From NCBI GenBank assembly GCA_016933215.1, contig JAFGBH010000056.1, forward strand, positions 1 to 62,737: a DNA stretch of 62,737 bases. The letters are read 5' to 3'. The translations under genes and the position numbers were made by a program. The stretch comes from Deltaproteobacteria bacterium. GTDB lineage: Bacteria > Desulfobacterota > Syntrophia > Syntrophales > UBA2210. Under the pieces are notes generated by a model. The model had not been told where the DNA came from, did not search any database, and worked only from the letters and a program-made list of their open reading frames with translations. Of the stretch, positions 1 through 8,824 are shown piece after piece; the stretch's first letter is position 1, and every line of letters starts with the position of its first letter.

Positions 1-1062
1 CCTTTCTTTCTTTATATTCTCCGGGACATGATCGGAGAGTGAAAAGGCGGCGGTTCCGGGACGCTTTGAATAGGGGAAAACATGGAGATATTGAATGGGT
101 AATCGCTCTATGAAGGCCCTGGTATTTTCGAATTTCTCCTCGCTTTCACCAGGGAACCCGGCTATTATATCGATACCAATGCCTATGTCAGGTATTTCCT
201 GTACTATCGTTTCGATTCGTTCCTCGAACTGGCGCGAATCATAATTTCTGTTCATTGCCTTCAGGATTTTGTCATTGCCACTCTGAAGAGGGATATGAAG
301 ATGCCTGCATAGTATACTCGATTCCCTTATGAGTTCGATTATCCCGTCGGTAATTTCCATCGGCTCTGTCGAACTGATGCGGAGCCTTTCTATGTCCGTT
401 TCTTTTTCTATCCTCGAAAGGAGGTCTGAAAGCGAGGTCCGTGGCGAGAGTTCATGCCCGTACATTCCCAGATGTATTCCCGTAAGAATAATCTCCCTGT
501 AGCCAGCCTGGTAAAGTGATCGAATTTCCTCGATGATGCGGTTTTCGGGGAGACTTCTCGTGCGACCGCGGGCATAGGGGATGATGCAGTAGCTGCAAAA
601 GGCATTGCATCCGTCCTGAATTTTCAGATATGCCCGTGTCTGACCATGAAAGTCTGTCACCGAAAGACAGGAGAGGAAACGCTCATCATTGATATTTTTG
701 ACGTTGATTATCGTTTCTTTCCCCGCCTCACTGGACAACAGGTCGGGAATTGCTGCCTTTTGCCTCGTTCCCACCACCATTGTCACACCCGGTAAGGCTG
801 CCAGTATTTCAGGGGCGATCTGGGCATAACAGCCGGTGACAAAAATAGATGCCTCAGGGTTGGTCCTGTTTGCCCTCCGTATGAGCTGTCTTGACTGGTA
901 GTCAGTTTTTCCCGTGACGGTACAGGTATTGACGATGTAGATATCGGCCTCAGAACGAAAGGGAACAATGGAAAACCCCCGTGATCTGATTTCCTCCTCA
1001 ATGCCCGCCGATTCGTAATGATTTACCTTGCAGCCGAGTGTTGCTATGGCGACTCTAACCAC
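1..1062 (-). CDS. mtaB: tRNA t6A37 methylthiotransferase MtaB (3' end runs off the window; missed by ORF track)
   Basis: Manual translation from GTG at 1062: VRVAIATLGCKVNHYES...NTCTVT (UPF0004 domain), LKIQDGCNAFCSYCIIPYARG (CxxxCxxC radical SAM), HLHIPLQSG, DIIAGFPGE, HVFPYSKRPGT; overlaps the mnmA stop by 8 nt. Confidence 0.9.
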   Translation of the reverse strand, partial: MVRVAIATLGCKVNHYESAGIEEEIRSRGFSIVPFRSEADIYIVNTCTVTGKTDYQSRQLIRRANRTNPEASIFVTGCYAQIAPEILAALPGVTMVVGTRQKAAIPDLLSSEAGKETIINVKNINDERFLSCLSVTDFHGQTRAYLKIQDGCNAFCSYCIIPYARGRTRSLPENRIIEEIRSLYQAGYREIILTGIHLGMYGHELSPRTSLSDLLSRIEKETDIERLRISSTEPMEITDGIIELIRESSILCRHLHIPLQSGNDKILKAMNRNYDSRQFEERIETIVQEIPDIGIGIDIIAGFPGESEEKFENTRAFIERLPIQYLHVFPYSKRPGTAAFSLSDHVPENIKKER

Positions 1063-2122
1063 GGTGAACCCCCTTCGAGATCCACCCGCCACCGATGACC
1101 GCATCGTCCTGATAGAAAACGGCCGCCTGGCCAGGTGCCACGGCCTTCTGAGGGGTGTCAAAGTGTACAAAGACACTATCTCTTTCTTGAGGCATGAAGG
1201 TAATCTTCGAAGTTACTCCTCGGTGTCGGTAGCGTATATGAGTTCTGGCATCGAGGGAATCCGCATCTGGATGCATCGGTGAAACCCATAGAATCCGTTC
1301 CGCAATGAGACCCGCAAAAAACTGGTCCTCATCACGTCCCACAACGACTCGATTCTTTTTGCTGTCAATCTCTGTCACGTAATAGGGCCTCTCCGATGCA
1401 ATGTTGAGCCCCTTTCTCTGGCCGATTGTGACCGAGTGTATTCCACGGTGACGACCGACAATAGCACCATTTTTATCAACGATATTTCCGGGCTTGAAAG
1501 GGGAGGGGACGAGAAAGTCTTCGATGAATCGCCGGTAATTGTTGTCCGGAATAAAGCAGACTTCCTGACTCTCCCTTTCGGAAAAAGATCCGAGATGGAG
1601 GCCCCGGGCCATCTCACGTATCTCGTCTTTTGTTTTTTCACCATTGGGAAATATGGTTTTTGCGAGTTCTTTCTGTCCCAGTTCGAACAAAAAGTAGGAC
1701 TGGTCTTTGGTGGCGTCGATTCCCCGTAAAAGGCGGAAACCTTTTTCTATGCCCCTGTTTTCTATGCGGGCATAATGCCCCGTAGCGAGGTAATCGATTC
1801 CCCGTTTCTCGATCTCTTTGAGGAGATATCGAAACTTGATCTTTTTGTTACAGACAATGCAAGGGTTGGGCGTTCTGCCGGCAGCATATTCGGAGGCGAA
1901 ATATTCAACAATATCGTTGTTGAATTGACGCGTGAGGTCAATCTTATGGAGGGGTATGTCAAACTCGTTGGCAACACGCTCCGCTTCGACTTCGGCCCTC
2001 GTCGGAAAGCCGTTTCTGATATAAAGTCCCTCGGTACGAAAACCCTGTTCGATAAGGATTGCAGCGGCGACGGCGCTGTCGACACCACCGCTTATCCCAA
2101 TGAGGACGCTCTTTCTCGCCAT
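1055..2122 (-). CDS. mnmA: tRNA 2-thiouridine synthase MnmA
   Basis: SGGVDS PP-loop, TPNPCIVCN, ATGHYA, KDQSYFL, ESQEVCF, TIGQRKGL, PGQAAVFY motifs. Confidence 0.95.
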   Translation of the reverse strand: MARKSVLIGISGGVDSAVAAAILIEQGFRTEGLYIRNGFPTRAEVEAERVANEFDIPLHKIDLTRQFNNDIVEYFASEYAAGRTPNPCIVCNKKIKFRYLLKEIEKRGIDYLATGHYARIENRGIEKGFRLLRGIDATKDQSYFLFELGQKELAKTIFPNGEKTKDEIREMARGLHLGSFSERESQEVCFIPDNNYRRFIEDFLVPSPFKPGNIVDKNGAIVGRHRGIHSVTIGQRKGLNIASERPYYVTEIDSKKNRVVVGRDEDQFFAGLIAERILWVSPMHPDADSLDARTHIRYRHRGVTSKITFMPQERDSVFVHFDTPQKAVAPGQAAVFYQDDAVIGGGWISKGVHRG

Positions 2123-2401
2123 TAATTCTTATCCTGTAGCAGTTATTCCCATGCAGGTCGCTGCTTCTAAACATTTATTGTCTCAATGTCAATAATAAAG
2201 GAATATACATATTTTGACAACAATTCAGGGGGAATCAAAACGAAAGCAGCCTTGTTACCCATGGAAGGTAAGAAATTATGATACGTTAGCACGATAAATC
2301 AGACGGATTAATCAAAAAATAGTTGCCTTTTGACAGATATGTCATTACTGTAGCATCGGTATTTCCATGTAATGTATTCCATAGTGAAGGAGGAGTGAGA
2401 T

Positions 2402-2698
2402 ATGATCATTGTGTCTGCCGTTTTGGAGGCTCAGGCGGGGAAGGAAAATGATATGGAGCGTGCCTTGAAGGATTTTATGCCCAAGGTCCAGTCCGAAGAA
2501 GGAACCATCGCCTATATTCTCCATCGTTCGAAAGGGAATCCCGCTAAATTCATGGTCTATGAAAAATACGTCGATGAGGCTGCTCTTGCATATCATGGTT
2601 CAACAGACTATTTTAAGGAGCTTTTCGATAAGGTCGGGCCTATGCTTGCGGGGGCACCGAGTATCGAGATCTATGACGAGTTGGCGGCAAAGAAGTAG
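2402..2698 (+). CDS. Antibiotic biosynthesis monooxygenase (ABM)/putative quinol monooxygenase family protein
   Basis: 98 aa, EEGTIAYILHR...FMVYEKY.DEAALAYH pattern; AGGAG RBS. Confidence 0.8.
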   Translation: MIIVSAVLEAQAGKENDMERALKDFMPKVQSEEGTIAYILHRSKGNPAKFMVYEKYVDEAALAYHGSTDYFKELFDKVGPMLAGAPSIEIYDELAAKK

Positions 2699-2798
2699 AA
2701 AGAATTGACAAACAATAGCATTATGCTAATTATATTAAAAATATTCACGTAGGGGAATTGATAGGATGCATAGTTTTATGTCTAATCGATATGGAATA

Positions 2799-3260
2799 AT
2801 GAGAAAACTTATCGTACTTTTTGTGCTTATATTGTTGTGTGGTTGCTCATCAGACAAAGAATCTAAACTAGAGACAATTAACCCGGGACTTTATGAACTA
2901 AAGTTTACATTGAATTACGAAGGTCAGTCATACATAGTTTTACAAAAGACAAGATATAGTTCCGATGGTTCATATACGGCGATAACTTACAATAACGATA
3001 TTGCTGTCGAGGAACTCGAGGGTAAATATAAAGTTGAAAATGATCGACTTGTATACTTTGATAAAAGAAGACGGGCGATCCGCAAAGATGGGACATGGGC
3101 ACAGTGGGAAGAAATTAAATCATCAAGTGTGCTTATTCGGAATATAGATGAAGGCAGTTATCAGTATTATCTTGATGCGCCTGATGAAAGGGCAAAGGCT
3201 CAATATGAAGCCCTTGGCATTAGCGTGGGCTGGAAAACATTACTTCGCATTAGTGGATAG
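2799..3260 (+). CDS. Hypothetical lipoprotein
   Basis: MRKLIVLFVLILLCGC signal peptide with lipobox from ATG 2799 (ORF track starts at 2766); no family recognised. Confidence 0.65.
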   Translation: MRKLIVLFVLILLCGCSSDKESKLETINPGLYELKFTLNYEGQSYIVLQKTRYSSDGSYTAITYNNDIAVEELEGKYKVENDRLVYFDKRRRAIRKDGTWAQWEEIKSSSVLIRNIDEGSYQYYLDAPDERAKAQYEALGISVGWKTLLRISG

Positions 3261-3328
3261 TAAATATACATAGAACACTTCGAAAATAAAAGTCTTTTAA
3301 ACAAGCGTTTCCTCTGTATTCTCAAATT

Positions 3329-4282
3329 ATGCATATCAGAATCCTTGGGACAGAATCTCTCGGCGTCAGAGGCCTTTGCTGTTTTGTGGAAACGGAAAGC
3401 CGGAAGATATTAATCGATCCGGGTGCAGCGCTGGGCTACAAGAGGTACTCCCTTCTTCCCCACCCCCTTCAGATCGCACTTGATGAAGAAATACAGAGGC
3501 AGATCGTTGCGGCATGGTCGCAGGCCACCGATATCGTCATAAGCCATTTTCATGGTGATCACATTCCCCTCGTTGATGCAAATCCCTATCAGCTGAATAT
3601 GGAAAGGGTACGGGGGGTAAATCCAGATGTCAGGGTGTGGGCAAAGACGTCAGTTCTCTCGCAGACTGAAGAAAGACGGGCGCACGCTTTTTCACGTGTA
3701 TTGAATAAGAAACTCAATCCAGCGGAAGGGAGTGAGGGTCCATGTACCTTTTCAGACCCTGTTCCTCACGGGAGAGCCACTGATAATTGTGAGAAGGTTG
3801 TCATGACGAGAGTAGAGGAAGATTTTGTTTTTGTGCATGCCTCCGATATACAACTCCTGAATAATGAGGCGATTGCTGTTATACTTTCCTGGAGGCCGGA
3901 TGTGGTTTTCTTAAGCGGCCCTCCGATCTACTTATCGAGAGTTTCAAATGAGCAACTGGAGATGGCACGGAGGAATGCCCTTCTCCTCTCAAGGAAGATA
4001 GATACCCTGATTATTGATCACCACCTCTTAAGGGATCGGAAGGGCGCATTGTGGTTAGAAGAACTCTCATCGGAATCAATGAACCCTATTGTATGCGGTG
4101 CAGATTTTATGAAACGACCGAGGCTGCTCCTTGAAGCTGACCGCCAGATCCTCTATCAGAAAATGCCGGTGCGCGAAGGCTGGCATGAGGCATATGCGGA
4201 AGGGAGGGTAGGGACGGTGCCCTATAGAAAGCTGGTAAAAAGGTTTCATGAGTACGCTCACTTGGACAATTATTTGTCCTGA
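3329..4282 (+). CDS. Metallo-beta-lactamase-fold hydrolase, UPF0282/COG2248-like
   Basis: ESLGVRG..FVET..ILIDPG, SHFHGDHIP, HASDIQ, IIDHHLLRD motifs. Confidence 0.75.
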   Translation: MHIRILGTESLGVRGLCCFVETESRKILIDPGAALGYKRYSLLPHPLQIALDEEIQRQIVAAWSQATDIVISHFHGDHIPLVDANPYQLNMERVRGVNPDVRVWAKTSVLSQTEERRAHAFSRVLNKKLNPAEGSEGPCTFSDPVPHGRATDNCEKVVMTRVEEDFVFVHASDIQLLNNEAIAVILSWRPDVVFLSGPPIYLSRVSNEQLEMARRNALLLSRKIDTLIIDHHLLRDRKGALWLEELSSESMNPIVCGADFMKRPRLLLEADRQILYQKMPVREGWHEAYAEGRVGTVPYRKLVKRFHEYAHLDNYLS

Positions 4283-4299
4283 ATGAAGGATAAGAGAAA

Positions 4300-5163
4300 A
4301 TGACAAAACGGAAAGTTCACTTCAGCTCTGCGGGAAATACTATCAGGGGAATCCTTTTTATGCCCGATGTGTCAGGGGAGAAAGTTCCTGCTGTCATGAT
4401 TTCTCATGGTGCATTCGAATATAAAGAACGTTACGTTGAACTATGTGAAAATCTTGCGATGAATAAGATTGCATCATTAGTTGTGGATATGAACGGTCAT
4501 GGCGAGAGTGAAGGTGATCGCTATCATATTGACATGAGACGATGGATATCAGATATCAGGGCGGGAATCGATTTCCTGACGATGCAAACCGGAGTCAACC
4601 CTGACGCTGTTGCCGCCTTCGGCCTTTCTACGGGCGGTACGGCCGTTATTGAAGCAGCATTGGTTGATGCCCGGATAAAGGCCCTGATGCTTTTTGCACC
4701 GACGGTGCGAAACATTATGAAGGCAGGAGAGATTGTGTTATATTCCCTCCTGGCACCGCTTGGTTTCATAAAAAAGTTGGTAACGGGAGAACCCTTGAAG
4801 ATTTATATGCCCCAGGCTATCGGTAAAAAAGCCCTTGCCTGGGATAAAAAAATTAATACGACAATTATACAAGATAAACGCTTTCAAGAGAGCTACGTTC
4901 CGATACCCGGTTCCTGGCAGTCTTCGATGGTGGATACGATTAAACGAGCAGAGAGAATTACCATACCCACACTCATAATGCAGGGTGAGAATGATGAGAT
5001 CGATTCTCCCGACTCCTCGAAAATGTTATATAAAATCCTTCGATGCGAGAAAAATATCATCCTCATGCCCGAGACGGGGCATCTTGGTCATTTGGACGGG
5101 AAGAGAGAAAAAATGTTTGAGTATACCGCCGAGTGGGTTTACGAACATCTGGAAAAGGGTTAG
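4300..5163 (+). CDS. Alpha/beta hydrolase
   Basis: SHG oxyanion motif, GLSTGG nucleophile elbow, LIMQGENDEID, C-terminal GHLGH. Confidence 0.8.
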   Translation: MTKRKVHFSSAGNTIRGILFMPDVSGEKVPAVMISHGAFEYKERYVELCENLAMNKIASLVVDMNGHGESEGDRYHIDMRRWISDIRAGIDFLTMQTGVNPDAVAAFGLSTGGTAVIEAALVDARIKALMLFAPTVRNIMKAGEIVLYSLLAPLGFIKKLVTGEPLKIYMPQAIGKKALAWDKKINTTIIQDKRFQESYVPIPGSWQSSMVDTIKRAERITIPTLIMQGENDEIDSPDSSKMLYKILRCEKNIILMPETGHLGHLDGKREKMFEYTAEWVYEHLEKG

Positions 5164-5252
5164 AAGCGGCACAACGAAAAGAGGAGGATAAGGTTTTTCG
5201 AGGATAATGACCAATGTATGGAAATTGAAGGGTGTAGAAAGGGGGTTCCGTA

Positions 5253-5582
5253 TTGAATAATTTTATAGAATATCTATCAAGCCAGCCGATAGCACTTATT
5301 GTTTTTTCAACGACAGCGCTTATAGTTGTCTACTTTATAGTAAAAAAGCTGCTGAAGCTGGCATTGCTGTTTGGGCTTATCCTGATCGCGCTCTTTGGAT
5401 ACTATTATTATAAAGCACCGGGGGAATTTCCCGGCAATGTGAAGAGTACGATTTCCGATGTGAGGGAGCAGACGGGCGACATGGTAGAGAAGGGGAAGGC
5501 GGTCTATCAGAAAGGGAAGGAAATGGCCGAAGAAGTACTTAATGTGGCAGAAAAAAGAACGGAAGAGGTGCCCTCAGAGTAA
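5253..5582 (+). CDS. Hypothetical small membrane protein
   Basis: TTG start after GGGGG; two hydrophobic segments and a charged tail. Confidence 0.55.
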   Translation: MNNFIEYLSSQPIALIVFSTTALIVVYFIVKKLLKLALLFGLILIALFGYYYYKAPGEFPGNVKSTISDVREQTGDMVEKGKAVYQKGKEMAEEVLNVAEKRTEEVPSE

Positions 5583-5993
5583 GTCGATTTCCATTGCTCG
5601 TGCAGGACAGGCCGTAACGCAGAATTCGCAGCCGTTGCACTTTTCGGGGTCGAATAGAACCTTCATCGTTGTGTCGTCGAAATATAAGGCGTTGGTAGAA
5701 CAAAAGGCGAGGCATGCCCCACAGTGTACGCATTTCTCAACGTTTTGAGTAACGCTCTTTGAGAGAGGTTCAACCTTCAGCCCCGATTCCTTGAGATAAT
5801 TAATTCCCCTGTCGAAATTCTTTTTTGTTCCCGTCAGTTCAAGAACGAGCAACCCTTCTCTTCTTTGTGATACCCGCGCCCTCAGTATATTGAATGTAAG
5901 ATCATAAACCTGGACAAGACGACAGACGATTGGCTGATCGACGATTTCGGGGGTGTATCGAATGACAATTTTCTTTGAGTAGGTTTTATCCAT
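5574..5993 (-). CDS. NIL-domain / 2x[4Fe-4S] ferredoxin protein
   Basis: N-terminal QPIVCRLVQVYDLTFNILRARV (NIL); C-terminal CVHCGAC..C and CNGCEFCVTAC; likely ATG at 5993. Confidence 0.85.
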   Translation of the reverse strand: MDKTYSKKIVIRYTPEIVDQPIVCRLVQVYDLTFNILRARVSQRREGLLVLELTGTKKNFDRGINYLKESGLKVEPLSKSVTQNVEKCVHCGACLAFCSTNALYFDDTTMKVLFDPEKCNGCEFCVTACPARAMEIDLL

Positions 5994-6023
5994 AAAGATT
6001 CCATAACCCTTTAAAATCATCGT

Positions 6024-6052
6024 ATACTAATGTAACATCTATATCATGTCAA
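6024..6052 (-). promoter_or_regulatory. Candidate sigma70 promoter for the NIL-ferredoxin gene
   Basis: Minus strand TTGACA-N17-TAGTAT, about 30 nt upstream of the ATG. Confidence 0.5.
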
Positions 6053-6099
6053 GGAGTTAGTTCTGCAGAGTTTCACCAGGTGTATTCGCTAAATAGAGA

Positions 6100-6151
6100 T
6101 TGACTCAATAAGAGGAAATGAGTACCATTCATTTAATGAAATACATTCACT
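6100..6151 (+). promoter_or_regulatory. Candidate sigma70 promoter overlapped by two palindromic operator-like sites
   Basis: TTGACT-N17-TACCAT; AAATGA-N7-TCATTT (6116-6134) and AATGA-N7-TCACT (6135-6151). Confidence 0.5.
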
Positions 6152-6207
6152 TCAGTAAATAATTCTCTACCGTGCTTTAATTATCCACAAAAAAGGGAGG
6201 TTATCCC

Positions 6208-7044
6208 ATGTACAGCGACCTTGAAGGGAAGGCAGTGCTCGTTACCGGTTCTGGAAAGAGGACCGGGATCGGTTACGCTATGGCGGAAAAGCTTGCCTCC
6301 TGCGGTGCCAATGTCGTCATTGCCGATCTCGGAAAAACGGATAGTCATGACGGGTCAGTCACTACGGGCACATGGGAGGAAATGGAGGATATTGCTCGGG
6401 ATCTGGAGAGACGATTTGGCATAGAGGCGCTCCCCGTTAATCTCGATGTTACCGATAAGGGATCGATAGAAGCCATGATCGATAAGGTTAAGGATACGTT
6501 AGGTTCTGTCCATGTTCTCTGCAATAATGCGGGGGCCTCCTTCGGAGTTCCGAATGCCGTTAATACCTACGATGAAGCTGCATGGATGAAAACGATCGAT
6601 GTCAACCTTCACGGTGTATTCAGGGTTTCACGGGCGGTCATTCCCCTGATGCTTGGAACGGGAGGAAGCATTATAAATACGGCTTCAAGGGCCGGCAAAA
6701 AACCCCCGCTTTTCAATGGTGCCTATGCGGTGGCAAAGGCGGGTGTCATTATGCTTACCAAGGTGATGGCAACGGAACTTGCGGGGGCGGGCATCCGTGT
6801 CAACGCAGTCTGCCCCGGTCAGATAATGACTGATCTGGAACGATGGCGCTTCGGTCTCGAAGCGGAGGTTTACGGAACAAGCGTTGAAGAGAGGGAAAAA
6901 GAGATGTGCGCTACCATACCGTTGGGACGCATTGGCGAACCTATGGAGGTGGCAAATCTGGTGGCATGGCTTGCATCGAGAGAATCTTCTTATGTTACGG
7001 GGCAGGCCATTAATATAACGGGTGGTCAATTGATGGAATTGTAG
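6208..7044 (+). CDS. Short-chain dehydrogenase/reductase (classical SDR)
   Basis: TGSGKRTGIG, NNAG, YAVAK (YxxxK), VNAVCPG. Confidence 0.92.
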   Translation: MYSDLEGKAVLVTGSGKRTGIGYAMAEKLASCGANVVIADLGKTDSHDGSVTTGTWEEMEDIARDLERRFGIEALPVNLDVTDKGSIEAMIDKVKDTLGSVHVLCNNAGASFGVPNAVNTYDEAAWMKTIDVNLHGVFRVSRAVIPLMLGTGGSIINTASRAGKKPPLFNGAYAVAKAGVIMLTKVMATELAGAGIRVNAVCPGQIMTDLERWRFGLEAEVYGTSVEEREKEMCATIPLGRIGEPMEVANLVAWLASRESSYVTGQAINITGGQLMEL

Positions 7045-7060
7045 GAGTGGGGGAGTAACG

Positions 7061-8755
7061 ATGAAAGCTATAACTGGTGGTCAGCTGGCGGCAGAGGCCT
7101 TAATAGAAAAGGGAGTCGAATATGTTTTTACCATAAGCGGTGGCCATATCACGCCGATCTATCAATATCTTGAGGGCACGTCTGTAACCTTATTCGATAC
7201 ACGACATGAACAGGCCGCAGTGTTTATGGCGGAAGCATGGGGCAGAATGACAAGAAAACCGGGAATTGCGATGGTAACTGCCGGACCCGGTTTTACGAAT
7301 GCACTTTCAGGTGTCGCCAATGCCCGCCTTGCAAATTCCCCCCTGGTGCTTATAGCCGGGTGCATCGGACTCGAATCGAGGGAAAAACTCGATCTTCAGG
7401 ATATGAGTCAGATGCCCGTCATAAGTCCCATGGTAAAGAAGGCCTTCGCCTGTTACAACGCTGAACGTATTCCGGAGTTTGTGGACCTTGCCTATCGCAC
7501 TTCGATCAGCGGAAGGCCCGGTCCTGTCTATCTTGAATTGCCCGTTGATATTCTAAATGCAGCGGCAAATGAGGAGAAGATAAAACGGATTCATACCGAC
7601 GTCGATTCACGCCCCGTAGATCTCGATAAGGCAGGGAAAATCATTGAGATGATTCAAGAGGCACGATCACCGATCGTGATCGCCGGGAGCGGTGTGTGGT
7701 ATGCAGACGCTCCGTCCGAGCTTGTTCGATTTATCGAAAATACCGGTATCCCAGTCTTTACGTCTTCGCTGGGGCGGGGAACGATTTCCGATACCCACCC
7801 CCTGTGTTTTGAGTCGTCACTGGCAATAAGGCCGGGAGCGGCGCTCGTGGCGAACATGACGGCCGATCTTGTTATATTCCTTGGGTCCAGGATGGGCCTC
7901 TTCTATATATTCGGCGATATTTTCAGTAAGGATGTACGGATAATTCAGGTCGATATCGAGCAAGAGGAAATTGGAAGAAATCGCTCGGTAGAACTGGCGG
8001 TGATGAGTGATATCAAGCCGCTTCTCAAGGAATGTAACAGGATCATAGAGAGCAAGAACTTGGGTGACGGATTGAGGCAGAGTTTCAAAACCTGGGTCTC
8101 GACACTCAAAGAGGCGGAAATAGATGGAAAAAAGGAGGCCGAGGTCAATTGGACCAGCAACAATGTCCCTATCCATCCGATGCGGCTCGCCAGCGAAGTT
8201 AACCAGTTTATGTCGAGGGACGATGATATTGTCGTGGCCGATGGAGGCGATACGCAGATCTGGATGGGAATGACCAGAACGATTTGCAGGCCGGGACACT
8301 ATCTGGACTCGGGTCTCTTCGGGTGTCTCGCCGTGGGTATCCCCTATGCCAATACGGCCAAACTATTGAATCCTGATAAACGTGTCTGCCTTGTAATCGG
8401 TGACGGGTCCGTAGGTTTCAATTTTATGGAGTTTGAGATTTCCATAAGAAGAAAGTTGCCCATTGTCGTGGTGATAAGTAACGATCTCGGGTGGGGGATG
8501 ATACGCCACAGTCAGGAATTGAGGCTCGGGCACGCCATAAAAGAAGGTACCCATATCGGTAAGGTGGAGTATCATAAACTGGTCGAGGCGCTGGGAGGCA
8601 AGGGGATGTATGTTGAAAAACCGGAGGATATTCGTCCGGCCCTGGAGGAGGCATTCTCCTCGGGGAAGACAACCTGCATCAATGTAATGACTGATCCCAC
8701 AACGGTAAGTCCCGGCAGTGTGGCACTCGCTAACCTTGGGGCATACAAGGCGTAG
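7061..8755 (+). CDS. ThDP-dependent enzyme, acetolactate-synthase-like; resembles the benzaldehyde lyase / 2-hydroxyacyl-CoA lyase branch
   Basis: DTRHEQAA, TAGPGFTN, GPVYLELPVD, GDGSVGFN...ND ThDP motif; no ilvN/ilvH regulatory subunit adjacent. Confidence 0.85.
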   Translation: MKAITGGQLAAEALIEKGVEYVFTISGGHITPIYQYLEGTSVTLFDTRHEQAAVFMAEAWGRMTRKPGIAMVTAGPGFTNALSGVANARLANSPLVLIAGCIGLESREKLDLQDMSQMPVISPMVKKAFACYNAERIPEFVDLAYRTSISGRPGPVYLELPVDILNAAANEEKIKRIHTDVDSRPVDLDKAGKIIEMIQEARSPIVIAGSGVWYADAPSELVRFIENTGIPVFTSSLGRGTISDTHPLCFESSLAIRPGAALVANMTADLVIFLGSRMGLFYIFGDIFSKDVRIIQVDIEQEEIGRNRSVELAVMSDIKPLLKECNRIIESKNLGDGLRQSFKTWVSTLKEAEIDGKKEAEVNWTSNNVPIHPMRLASEVNQFMSRDDDIVVADGGDTQIWMGMTRTICRPGHYLDSGLFGCLAVGIPYANTAKLLNPDKRVCLVIGDGSVGFNFMEFEISIRRKLPIVVVISNDLGWGMIRHSQELRLGHAIKEGTHIGKVEYHKLVEALGGKGMYVEKPEDIRPALEEAFSSGKTTCINVMTDPTTVSPGSVALANLGAYKA

Positions 8756-8824
8756 CCGAGGGAATTAGACTTTCCACAGGGAAACAGACGGTGGGACCAA
8801 AAGGGCTTACGGGGGGAAGATATT

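Noticed and set aside
7061-8755. ilvB (biosynthetic acetolactate synthase)
   Set aside because: No ilvN/ilvC/ilvD context; catabolic neighbours and a lyase-like N-terminus; symbol withheld
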